A stretch of 64,000 bases of DNA, from the NCBI GenBank assembly GCA_964595665.1, contig CAZQQS010000001.1:138-64137 (forward strand). The letters are read 5' to 3'. The stretch is from an uncultured archaeon (lineage in GTDB: Archaea; Iainarchaeota; Iainarchaeia; Iainarchaeales; 0-14-0-20-30-16). This document shows, one piece after another, positions 55,321-64,000 of this stretch (its first letter is position 1; every line of letters starts with the position of its first letter). Below the pieces are notes generated by a model. It did not search any database. It saw only the letters and a program-made list of their open reading frames with translations, and had not been told where the DNA came from. A program made the position numbers and the translations under genes.

Positions 55321-57886
55321 CCCATGTTGTTCTGGGTCTTATCTTAACCATCCAAAGTTTTTCTGAATTATCATCTAGGATTAAAGCATAACCTTTTGCT
55401 CTTGGCAATGTAGCATAATATTTATCCATATCTTCATTTAGGTAGCTAGGACGTAAAGCACCAACAGAATCAATATCCATTTTTGCAGTTAATCGCATAC
55501 TAATAAATAAATCACATTGAGAAATTGCATCTGGATGTAATCTTTCGGGTCTTTGTGTTGCCAATAATAAAGATAAACCGGGTTGTCTTCCTACTCTAAC
55601 CCATTCTAATAAAACATCTAATGCCATAGAATTTCTATCTTTTGGCATGAACATGTGTGCTTCATCAATTAGCATCCAAACCATTGGTAAATCAGCTTGT
55701 TTATCTTCTCCTGCAATCAATAATATTTCTTCTTTTTTTCTTTCTAATTCTCTTTGTTCAAACAATCTTTTTCCTAATATTGCAACTATAATTTCTCTAA
55801 CATTTTCCATTCCCAAAACTTGACCATAAGTTGAAACATCTACAACAGTAATTGCTCCTGGTTTGGCAATATCTGTAATATTTGAACCATCTTTGAAAAA
55901 TATTCCCCAAGAATCAGCAACTTTAAATCTATTTTTTAAATTTGCTCTATCTTTTAAATCATAATTTTCTAATGAATCTATAATACTATAAATTTCAGGT
56001 AAACCATAATAAGTATTAAATGTTGCTCTTGCCTTTTCAATTGTTTCTAATAAAATTGCAGATTCAATTTCTGACCAAGATAAATGGAACATAGATAGCC
56101 ATTCAGTAGAATCAATATCTGCTAATTTTAAACTAAATGCAGCATCTACAGGCAATTTATTTTTTTCATAAAAATCTAGTTTTCCTGCAGGTACTAAAAC
56201 TCTAAAATTATTTAATCCTTGAGGTTCTAAACCCCAATCATATAATGAATCTGATTCTTCTCTATTTGGTAATTTCATTGACCAAAATATCCCAACAGTA
56301 TCAATTACAATAATTGCCATTTTATTTCTTATATCTGGAGGTAATTGATTAAATCCTTCTAAGAATACAGACATAGTATAACTATTATGGACTATTATAT
56401 CATTTGCAATAAAGTTGTGATGTTTAGGAACAACGATGTCGTATACTTTCTCAGTTTTATTTATTAACTCTATTTTTACTATTTCATCCCAAAAGATATC
56501 ACTTTTTGCTAAATTCATTAAATAATCTGATTTTTCTAATTTTGCAATTTTTTCTAATTTAGATCTTCCGATAGAGTATCTTTTTAACTCTCTTGCACTT
56601 TTAGGGATTTTGTAATTTAGTATTTTTCCAATTTTTGTCCAAGATGATTTAAATTCATAATTATTCCAAAGTTCTTTTGGGATTGTATCAATATTAGTAT
56701 TAAATTTTAATTTCTTCGCAATAGTTAATGCTGATTTTGCTTTTTTTTCTTTTTCTCCAAAGAATCCGATTTCTTCAATAAATGTTTTTACAAATTCACC
56801 AGAAATTACTAATTCATAGGCTTTGAATAATTTTCCTTTATAATTAATATTTTTATTCTTAGAAATGGATATAATTCCAAATCTTAAAAGTAAACTTTGA
56901 ACTTGTTTAATTAATTTTTCTGAAGCTGAGCAATAATCTATTCTATAGAATTCGCTATGTTTATAGATTGAACCATCACAACTAAATAATCTATTTAAAA
57001 ATAAAGATAATTCTTCTTTAGGTAATTTGTATATTATTTCAGGAATTTCTTTTTCTTTTGCCAATTTATCAAAAGCACTAATTTCTTTTAGCCATTTTTT
57101 CAAGCTGTTTTGAGGCGTGAATTCAATTCCTTTACTGAATAAATTGCCTGTTCTACAATTAATTAATATTTCTCTTTTATAATTGTTATTAATAGTTCTT
57201 AATGTTACGCCCATTGGTTTTGTGCAAAGATTCTTATCAAATTTACAAACACATTTCTTATAATCTTCAATTATTTTTTCATCTGTATTTGTAAACCACA
57301 CATTATTGTTCATCGTGTGTCCTTCAGCTATCAAATATGCTAAAAGTTTTGTTTTACAATTATCTAATTTGGTTTTCCCAAAGAAAGATATTCTTCTAGG
57401 AGTTGCAATTCTTGAGCCGTTCTTTAATTTTTGAGCTTCTTGCCACCCATTAATAGTATATAAAGGGTGTTCAGGAGTTAATTCAATTTCTTTACCAGTT
57501 CTTAATTTTAGTTTAAGTATTTTATTTACTGTTCTTTCGTAAAACTCAGTTTTATTTGATTTTTCTAAATTTAAATTAGTATTTAAAGCAATTATTTTTC
57601 GCTTATCTTTGGTCAAATCCTTAATTTTACAAACAAGTCCATCTTCTAATTGTATTTCAGTATTTCCGGTTAGGCATTTTCCTCCACCTCTTTTTCCACA
57701 AATCAATACAACGTGTGGTCGAGCTAAGTCAACAATAATTTTTCTACCTAATACTGGGTTTTCACCAGAACTCATTACAACTTTGCCTAAAAAACCAGTT
57801 CCTTTTTTGCCATATTTTTTAATATCGCTTTCTGTTCTTCCTATAATTACTTCTTCTGTGCTTAATTCAAATGACATATTATACAA
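55286..57886 (-). CDS. HerA/FtsK-superfamily (DUF87-like) P-loop ATPase interrupted by a 431-aa LAGLIDADG intein
   Basis: Extein Walker A GKRGGGK|S reconstituted across the intein. Walker B MLIDEAH. HerA-like LLLATQRPERL...SQCDLFISMRLT. Confidence 0.7.
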   Translation of the reverse strand: MYNMSFELSTEEVIIGRTESDIKKYGKKGTGFLGKVVMSSGENPVLGRKIIVDLARPHVVLICGKRGGGKCLTGNTEIQLEDGLVCKIKDLTKDKRKIIALNTNLNLEKSNKTEFYERTVNKILKLKLRTGKEIELTPEHPLYTINGWQEAQKLKNGSRIATPRRISFFGKTKLDNCKTKLLAYLIAEGHTMNNNVWFTNTDEKIIEDYKKCVCKFDKNLCTKPMGVTLRTINNNYKREILINCRTGNLFSKGIEFTPQNSLKKWLKEISAFDKLAKEKEIPEIIYKLPKEELSLFLNRLFSCDGSIYKHSEFYRIDYCSASEKLIKQVQSLLLRFGIISISKNKNINYKGKLFKAYELVISGEFVKTFIEEIGFFGEKEKKAKSALTIAKKLKFNTNIDTIPKELWNNYEFKSSWTKIGKILNYKIPKSARELKRYSIGRSKLEKIAKLEKSDYLMNLAKSDIFWDEIVKIELINKTEKVYDIVVPKHHNFIANDIIVHNSYTMSVFLEGFNQLPPDIRNKMAIIVIDTVGIFWSMKLPNREESDSLYDWGLEPQGLNNFRVLVPAGKLDFYEKNKLPVDAAFSLKLADIDSTEWLSMFHLSWSEIESAILLETIEKARATFNTYYGLPEIYSIIDSLENYDLKDRANLKNRFKVADSWGIFFKDGSNITDIAKPGAITVVDVSTYGQVLGMENVREIIVAILGKRLFEQRELERKKEEILLIAGEDKQADLPMVWMLIDEAHMFMPKDRNSMALDVLLEWVRVGRQPGLSLLLATQRPERLHPDAISQCDLFISMRLTAKMDIDSVGALRPSYLNEDMDKYYATLPRAKGYALILDDNSEKLWMVKIRPRTTWDAGKTASAFKR
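56384..57676 (-). mobile_element. intein (Hint blocks A/B/F/G plus LAGLIDADG homing endonuclease) inserted in the ATPase P-loop
   Basis: Starts CLTGNTEIQLEDG (block A). TPEHPLYT (block B). LLAYLIAEGHT and LFSCDGSIY (two LAGLIDADG motifs). VYDIVVPKHHNFIAN (block F). Ends DIIVHN; +1 residue Ser (block G). Confidence 0.8.
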
Positions 57887-57980
57887 ATGTTAATTAAATA
57901 TATATAGTTTTTGTTATATTTAATTTAATTTAAATAAATAAATTTATAAATAAGTTTATTATTTATAATTTAGTGATATA

Positions 57981-58127
57981 TTATGGGTAATGAAGTAGGT
58001 TTATTTTTAATAGGATTGGGTGTGGGAACATATATTCCTTTATTGCCTCCACCATTAAATGTTATTCAACCATATTTAGGGTTGGTAGTAATATTAATTG
58101 GTGTATTAATAATGGTTAAGAAGTAAT
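57981..58127 (+). CDS. possible 48-aa two-TM micro-protein (MGNEVGLFLIGLGVGTYIPLLPPPLNVIQPYLGLVVILIGVLIMVKK)
   Basis: hand-translated ORF in the 240-bp gap; not in ORF track; weak. Confidence 0.2.
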
Positions 58128-58747
58128 TAAATAGAATAATTAAAAGCTTTTAAAAATTTCAACAATCTTGAAATTTTTGCATGTAATCTACCAGTTAATA
58201 ATCTATGATTTAAGCTATATTTAATTAAAGTATCTAATGAACTAGCTGTTAAAATAAGTGATTTATATCGATTATTATGAGAATTAAGATTATTTTCATA
58301 ATTTTTTTTTATTTCGTTAAATTTAGAATCTCTAACTAAATCTTCAATAATTTTATAGAAAGTGTATTCTATAGTTCCTTTTTTAGGTAAAATTTTACTA
58401 AAATTTGGTTTTAAGTTATCTATAGCATCAGATAATTCTCGTCTTTCATAATCATCTGCAATTCTTAATTGTGATCTCATATTAATTTTTGATTGTTCAA
58501 CATTTTTTATTTCTGCATCAATAGCAGTTAAAATATTTAATGCTTTTTGAAAAGCAATATAAGTTTCTGAAATTTCTTTTGGTCTTAACAAATCTTGTCT
58601 TTTTTTAAGTTTCGCTGCAGTTTCTTCTTCAAATATTTTTCTTTCTTTTAATTTTTTTGCAGCTAAACCTTCAAAATCTGTACGTTTTATTGTAGGGTGG
58701 TTTTTACTAAATAAATTTAATTGTTCAGGTTTTTTAATTTTAGGCAT
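58127..58747 (-). CDS. hypothetical basic alpha-helical protein upstream of the ATPase gene
   Basis: 206-aa ORF, same strand as the ATPase operon. Confidence 0.3.
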   Translation of the reverse strand: MPKIKKPEQLNLFSKNHPTIKRTDFEGLAAKKLKERKIFEEETAAKLKKRQDLLRPKEISETYIAFQKALNILTAIDAEIKNVEQSKINMRSQLRIADDYERRELSDAIDNLKPNFSKILPKKGTIEYTFYKIIEDLVRDSKFNEIKKNYENNLNSHNNRYKSLILTASSLDTLIKYSLNHRLLTGRLHAKISRLLKFLKAFNYSI

Positions 58748-58812
58748 AATATATATAGATACTAATAGTTTATATTTTTAATTGTCTTATTTTATATATT
58801 AGAGGTGAATAT

Positions 58813-59406
58813 ATGAAGTTAATGTATTGGAATATTATTTTAATAAGTTTAATTGTTTTAGCAATTATTGGAACATCTTATGTTTTTTTTAAAGACAATC
58901 CTATCGATTTGAATTTGCCAGAATATGAATATGTTGATTATAATGATAGAGTAACTGTAGATTATGAATTGATTGTAGATAATGAATTAATTGAAACTAC
59001 TTTTAATGATGATACAAACTTAAGTTTTGTAGTTGGTTCGGGAAAAGTAATAAAAGGTTTTGATTTAGGGGTTTTGGGATTAAGTGAAAATGCAGAAACC
59101 ACATTAATTATAGACCCAGAAAATGCATATGGGTTGGCATCTGAATATCCTTTTAAATCTCAAGAAGATTTGAATTTGATTATGGATGCATTAAAAGAAC
59201 AACTTGGTTCGGACGTAAATATTGCAAATATGAGAAATGCTACATTTTACAATCTTTATGGCCAGAAATGTATTTTTGAAGATTATAATTTAGAACAAAA
59301 TGTTCAATATTTTGGTTGTCAACATCAATTAGCGGGTCAAACATTGAATTTTAAAATTCAAGTTTTAAATATAGAAAAAGCTGGAGATTATTTAGAAAGT
59401 GATTAA
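58813..59406 (+). CDS. FKBP-type peptidyl-prolyl isomerase with N-terminal TM anchor and insert domain
   Basis: FVVGSGKVIKGFDLGVLGL...IDPENAYG FKBP signature. Confidence 0.55.
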   Translation: MKLMYWNIILISLIVLAIIGTSYVFFKDNPIDLNLPEYEYVDYNDRVTVDYELIVDNELIETTFNDDTNLSFVVGSGKVIKGFDLGVLGLSENAETTLIIDPENAYGLASEYPFKSQEDLNLIMDALKEQLGSDVNIANMRNATFYNLYGQKCIFEDYNLEQNVQYFGCQHQLAGQTLNFKIQVLNIEKAGDYLESD

Positions 59407-60117
59407 ATGTTTAAAGTAATTTTATTTGATTTGGATAATACTCTAATGGATTTTGCTTTGCGTAAAAATAGAGCTGTGGGTGCAGCGATAAAAGCTATGC
59501 AAGAATCAGGGTTAAATCTAGATTATAAAATTGCAGAAAAAGAAATATATAAATTATATGATAAATTTGGAATAGAAAATCATAGTGTTTTTGAAAAATT
59601 TTTGGAAAAAAGAAAACTATCTAAAGATTATATATTATTAGCAAAGGCAGTAAATGCTTACATTATGGCCAAATATTCTGAAACAAGAACTTATCCAGAA
59701 GTGAAAAGTATATTTTTAAAATTTATAAAAAAAGGAATAAAATTAGGGATAGTTAGTGATGCGCCAAGATTTCAAGCTTATACTCGATTGGTAGAATTAG
59801 GTTTAGAAGATTTTTTTGATATTATATTAACTTTTGATGATATATGTGCATTAAAAGATACTACAAAACCTTTTGAGAAAGCTTTGAGTTTGTTAAAGGT
59901 TCCTGCAAAGAAGGTATTATTTGTGGGAGATAGACCCGATAGAGACGTATTAAATGCACGAAAAGTAGGTATGAAAACCGCTTTTGCAGCTTATGGTTAT
60001 TATGGTGGAATAGTTCCTAGAAAAGTATCAAAAAAAGAATTAAATGCAGTAAATAGAGAATATAAGCCAGATTATATTTTAAATAAATTTAATGATATCT
60101 TAAAGGTGATTAATTGA
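59407..60117 (+). CDS. HAD-superfamily hydrolase
   Basis: motif I FDLDNTL, motif IV VGDRPDRD. Confidence 0.7.
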   Translation: MFKVILFDLDNTLMDFALRKNRAVGAAIKAMQESGLNLDYKIAEKEIYKLYDKFGIENHSVFEKFLEKRKLSKDYILLAKAVNAYIMAKYSETRTYPEVKSIFLKFIKKGIKLGIVSDAPRFQAYTRLVELGLEDFFDIILTFDDICALKDTTKPFEKALSLLKVPAKKVLFVGDRPDRDVLNARKVGMKTAFAAYGYYGGIVPRKVSKKELNAVNREYKPDYILNKFNDILKVIN

Positions 60118-61586
60118 AAAAATATTTTACAACTCCAATATATTATGTTAATGATAAACCGCATATAGGACATGCGTTTACAACTATCTGTGCAGATTAT
60201 TTAGCAAGATTTTATCGATCTTTAGGACAAGAGGTTTATTTTTTAACTGGAACTGATGAACATGGTAAAAAAATTTCTGATGCGGCATTAAAAGCAAATA
60301 TGTCGGAAAAAGAATTTTGTGATTCAATAGTTATACATTTTAAAGATGCTTTAAAAATAGTAAATGCATCAAATGATAATTTTATTAGAACAACTGATAA
60401 AAAACATGAGGAATATGTTAAAGATGTTTTTCAAAAATTATACGATCAAGGAGATTTATACAAAGGAAAATATTCTGGTAAATATTGTGTTGGTTGTGAA
60501 AGATATTATGGGGATGATGAATTAATTGATGGTTGTTGTCCAGATCATAAAACAAAAGCAATTGATATGGAAGAAGAAACGTATTTTTTTAAGTTATCAA
60601 AATATGAAAATCAATTAAAAAAATTATTTGAAAGTGATTTTATTTATCCCAAAAAATTTAAAAATGAAATTTTGACAAGAATTAATTTGGGTTTAAAAGA
60701 TGTTTCTGTTTCTAGAACTAATTTTTCTTGGGGTGTTGAATTACCTTTTGATAAAAAACATGTAATTTATGTTTGGTTTGATGCTTTATTAAATTATTTA
60801 TCAGGCTTAGAAGATAAAAATTATTGGCCTGCAACTCATTTATTAGGAAAAGATATTTTATGGTTTCACGTAGTTTATTGGCCCGCAATATTATTGGCTT
60901 TGGGTAAAAAAATTCCAAAATTTTTTGTTCATGGTTGGTGGACTGTTGATGGTCAGAAAATGTCTAAAAGTTTAGGAAATGTAGTTTCAATTGATACTTT
61001 ATCTAAATATGGTATAGATATTTCTAGATATTATTTAATTAAACAAATGCCTTGTGGAGAGGATGCTGATTTTAATACAAATTATTTTGAAGAAAGATAT
61101 TTAGAATTAGCAAATAATTTAGGAAATTTAATTAATAGAGTTGCAATTATTTCTCAAAAAAATGAATTAGATTTAACTAAAGATTATGAATTAGATAAAG
61201 AAATTTTAGAGAATACTGAATTAACTATAAATAAAGTAATTGTTGATTTAGAGATTTTTAAATTGCAAGATTCTTTAAATGATATTATGGCTTATTCACA
61301 ATTCTTGAATAGATATATTAATGATTATGAACCTTGGAAATTAGTTAAAGAAGATAGAGAAAAAACATCAAAAGTATTATTTAATTTAGTTCAGGGAATT
61401 AATATTTTGACTTTGCTTTTAGAACCATGTATGCCTTCTAAAATGCAAGAAGCAAGAGATATTTTTGGATTCAAGAGTAAAACTTTATTTGAAGCATATA
61501 CAAAGAATAAATCTTTAACTTTGGAAAATCCTTCTAGAATAGAGCCAAAGATTTTATTCCCTAAAATAGAAAAGTTTGAGTTTTGA
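60114..61586 (+). CDS. metG: methionyl-tRNA synthetase (core form without C-terminal domain)
   Basis: HIGH region PHIGHAFT, zinc knuckle CVGCERY...CCPDH, KMSKS. Confidence 0.85.
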   Translation: MKKYFTTPIYYVNDKPHIGHAFTTICADYLARFYRSLGQEVYFLTGTDEHGKKISDAALKANMSEKEFCDSIVIHFKDALKIVNASNDNFIRTTDKKHEEYVKDVFQKLYDQGDLYKGKYSGKYCVGCERYYGDDELIDGCCPDHKTKAIDMEEETYFFKLSKYENQLKKLFESDFIYPKKFKNEILTRINLGLKDVSVSRTNFSWGVELPFDKKHVIYVWFDALLNYLSGLEDKNYWPATHLLGKDILWFHVVYWPAILLALGKKIPKFFVHGWWTVDGQKMSKSLGNVVSIDTLSKYGIDISRYYLIKQMPCGEDADFNTNYFEERYLELANNLGNLINRVAIISQKNELDLTKDYELDKEILENTELTINKVIVDLEIFKLQDSLNDIMAYSQFLNRYINDYEPWKLVKEDREKTSKVLFNLVQGINILTLLLEPCMPSKMQEARDIFGFKSKTLFEAYTKNKSLTLENPSRIEPKILFPKIEKFEF

Positions 61587-62023
61587 TCATTATGCAAATA
61601 AAAATTAAAAGAATTGATAACACATTACCAATGCCTAAATATCATACTGAAGGTTCTGTTGGATTTGATTTGTATTGTAGAGAGAGTATAGAAATACCTC
61701 CAAAAGAATTTAGGTATATTGCTCAAAATTTAATTATTGAGACGCCAAAAGGATATGCTTTATTGTGGATTGCTAGAAGCGGAATGCATAAACGAGGTTT
61801 AATGTTGTTAAATGGGATTGGATTATTCGATCAAGATTTTTCAGGCCCAGAAGATGAAGGTAAAGCAATATTATATAATTTCACAGATCAAGTTGTTAAA
61901 GTTGATAAAGGGGATCGTTTAGTACAATGTGTATTTGTTAATTGTGCAATTGTTGATTTTGAAGAAGTAGATGTAATTTCTGAAAAAACAAGAGGCGGTT
62001 TAGGTTCTACAGGATTAAAATAG
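61583..62023 (+). CDS. dut: dUTP diphosphatase (dUTPase/Dcd family)
   Basis: GSVGFDL, RSG, GLIDxDY-like GLFDQDF, C-terminal TRGGLGSTG. Confidence 0.75.
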   Translation: MIIMQIKIKRIDNTLPMPKYHTEGSVGFDLYCRESIEIPPKEFRYIAQNLIIETPKGYALLWIARSGMHKRGLMLLNGIGLFDQDFSGPEDEGKAILYNFTDQVVKVDKGDRLVQCVFVNCAIVDFEEVDVISEKTRGGLGSTGLK

Positions 62024-62054
62024 CCTTTAAAAACATTTTCTATTTCTTTTATAA

Positions 62055-62684
62055 ATGCAAACAATTACTAATTTACAACAATTAAAAGAAGAATATAATT
62101 CTAATTCTGAAATGTTGTCTAATTTAGGATATATGGATATTGAAACTACTGGATTAAGTCCTGAATATAATGATGTTACTTTAATTGGTTTGCATTCTTT
62201 AGATGCTACTAGTATTTATATTGATAAGCATAATCATAATAAAGCTAAAAATGATATTGATGCTTGCAAGTATTTAGTTACTTTTAATGGCAATAGATTT
62301 GATATTCCTTTTATAGATAAGCATTATGGTTTAAATCAAGAATTTAAGTCAATTGATTTAATGTATTTATTTTGGCAATTAGGTTATAAAGGTGGTTTGA
62401 AGAAAATAGAAACTAATTTAGGACTATCTAGAGCTGAAGAAGTTGTTGGTATGAAAGGTAAAGATGCAGTTACTCTTTGGCACAAATACAAACAAGGTTG
62501 TAAAGATTCTTTAAATAAATTAGTAAAATATAATTTTGAAGATATTGTTAATCTAGAAGTTTTATTTAATTTTGCTTTGCAAAAATCTTTTGGCAATAAT
62601 GTGCCATTAGAAATATTAAGACAAAACCAATTAAACATAACAAAAAGAATTAAAGAAAAAGATTCTCTTTATGTTTGGGATTGA
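62055..62684 (+). CDS. DEDD-type 3'-5' exonuclease-like protein (RNase H-like, COG3359/YprB-like)
   Basis: exo I MDIETTGL, exo II FNGNRFDIPF, exo III YNFEDIVNL. Confidence 0.55.
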   Translation: MQTITNLQQLKEEYNSNSEMLSNLGYMDIETTGLSPEYNDVTLIGLHSLDATSIYIDKHNHNKAKNDIDACKYLVTFNGNRFDIPFIDKHYGLNQEFKSIDLMYLFWQLGYKGGLKKIETNLGLSRAEEVVGMKGKDAVTLWHKYKQGCKDSLNKLVKYNFEDIVNLEVLFNFALQKSFGNNVPLEILRQNQLNITKRIKEKDSLYVWD

Positions 62685-63943
62685 ATGTAATTTTCATCCA
62701 TTAATATGTAAAAATTGTCTTTTATTTTGTATCTATCACAACCATAAATTTCTAAAAATTCTAAAGTGTTTTTATTTTGATCAATTAATGTATTAATTTG
62801 TTCATAGGGGTCTAATTCTAAATTAAATCCATAAATTTCTTTTGTTTTTAACATATAAGAATATTTATTAGGGTATTTTACGATACTTATTGATAAATCA
62901 TTTTGTGTTTGTAGCATCATTTGACAATTATCATATTTTGTTAATTTTGCATTTCTTAATATTGGTTCAAATGAATTATTATATTCTGTTTTGTTTAATA
63001 TTGAAAATATTGTGGGAATTAAATCAACTTCGCTAAATCTTTTTTCAAGAATTTTTCCATTTTTAATATAATTAGAATTGTTTTTTGGTATAAACACCAA
63101 AGAGGTTTTGAAATTATCTTCATAATGACCTACTTCGTTTATTGTATTTGCATTTATGCCAATTGGCCAACTATGATCTCCCAAAATAAATAAATGTGAA
63201 TTGTTAGAATTATTTGTATATTTTTTATAATAGTCATAAAATTCTTTTAAAGCTGAATCTTGATTGTATAATGAATTGGCATATTCTTCATTAAAATCTT
63301 TTGGTTCTGAATAAACCAAATAATTAAAATCATTTTCAGTAAATGGGTAATGATGGGAAGATACTTCAATATATATAAATAATTTATTCTGATCTTTGTA
63401 ATTTTGGTTTAAATATTCAAAAATTCTTTTGTAAAATATTTTGTCATCGTAACCCCAAGGATATTTTAGATCTTTGTCGCTCATAATATCTTCATAATGA
63501 ATTTCTTGAAAACCAATATTATTAAAAAAATCTCCCGTATTAGTAAAATCTAATGTGTCTGATCGGAAAACTATTGTTTTATATCCACTTTCTTTTAATA
63601 ATTGTGGCAAACATTTGTTTTGTATATCTTTAGGATAATATGAATATGCTTGTTTAAAATTTCCATTTATGCCACATAAAATGTTTGCTTGTGCTCTATT
63701 TGTTCTTATACTATTACCATAAAAATTTTTTAATAATATCCCATCTTTAGAAATATCTAACATATTAGGCGTAATGGTTTCATTTACCATTAAAGAATTT
63801 AGAGATTCCAATTGCAACATAATTATATTTTCATTAGAATTTGTGTTAAAATCATTTTTTGGAAAAAAAACAATTTGATTATTTCTATATAATTCATCTT
63901 CAAGATTGTTTTTTAAATTTGAAAATATTAGTTCTCCATTCAA
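62669..63943 (-). CDS. sulfatase/LtaS-like alkaline-phosphatase-superfamily enzyme (catalytic domain)
   Basis: VSSHHYPF and LFILGDHSWP motifs; the N-terminal membrane portion may lie beyond the window end. Confidence 0.6.
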   Translation of the reverse strand: MNGELIFSNLKNNLEDELYRNNQIVFFPKNDFNTNSNENIIMLQLESLNSLMVNETITPNMLDISKDGILLKNFYGNSIRTNRAQANILCGINGNFKQAYSYYPKDIQNKCLPQLLKESGYKTIVFRSDTLDFTNTGDFFNNIGFQEIHYEDIMSDKDLKYPWGYDDKIFYKRIFEYLNQNYKDQNKLFIYIEVSSHHYPFTENDFNYLVYSEPKDFNEEYANSLYNQDSALKEFYDYYKKYTNNSNNSHLFILGDHSWPIGINANTINEVGHYEDNFKTSLVFIPKNNSNYIKNGKILEKRFSEVDLIPTIFSILNKTEYNNSFEPILRNAKLTKYDNCQMMLQTQNDLSISIVKYPNKYSYMLKTKEIYGFNLELDPYEQINTLIDQNKNTLEFLEIYGCDRYKIKDNFYILMDENYIQSQT

Positions 63944-64000
63944 TAAGATAGTTATAATTGTAATTATTACTATTATAAATATAAATATAAGATTTTTAGG

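Noticed and set aside
1-64000. CRISPR arrays, rRNA genes, transposase/integrase genes
   Set aside because: No regularly spaced direct repeats with unique spacers, no rRNA-like GC-rich structured regions, and no ORF with recognisable transposase/integrase motifs were seen in either strand.

Overview
AT-rich (about 27% GC) archaeal chromosome segment, probably from a small-genome DPANN-like archaeon. Signals supporting this: Lys/Glu-rich extensions on ribosomal proteins, no adenylate kinase gene in the secY region, degenerate cmk and rpiA homologues, and TTG/GTG starts after a GGTGA Shine-Dalgarno. The core (14.3-45.8 kb) is the canonical archaeal ribosomal-protein supercluster in conserved order: uL3-uL4-uL23-uL2-uS19-uL22-uS3-uL29-SUI1-Rpp29-uS17-uL14-uL24-eS4-uL5-uS14-uS8-uL6-eL32-eL19-uL18-uS5-uL30-uL15-SecY-DUF106(YidC-like)-eL34-Cmk-like-eL14-uS13-uS4-uS11-RpoD-tRNA-Leu-eL18-uL13-uS9-RpoN-enolase-uS2-IleRS. 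The second block is L7Ae-eS28-eL24-aIF5B-eS6-aIF2gamma-PIN-RpoE-Spt4-eS24-eS31. Two tRNAs were found by hand-folding: Leu(UAA) and His(GUG) with encoded G-1. The flanks carry accessory-like genes: a 1094-aa N-rich surface protein; an AAA ATPase; a tandem array of five paralogous small membrane proteins; a response-regulator pseudogene; CofD/YvcK-like, DRG GTPase, VKOR-like and Taw1 genes; RelE-type, HEPN/MNT and MazEF-type TA modules; a Na/Ca exchanger; Nop5-fibrillarin; rubrerythrin; MetRS; dUTPase; and a sulfatase. Most notable is a HerA/FtsK-superfamily ATPase whose P-loop is interrupted by a 431-aa LAGLIDADG intein; the ATPase is co-transcribed with an uncharacterised 423-aa partner. Unusual repeats: a ~75-bp promoter-like element present 4 times inside the r-protein cluster; an ~80-bp coding module appended as C-terminal tails to uL22, uS3 and RpoD; a 35-bp exact repeat in two unrelated genes 11.7 kb apart; and a 44-bp duplication of the tRNA-His 3' end. 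No CRISPR array or rRNA was seen.
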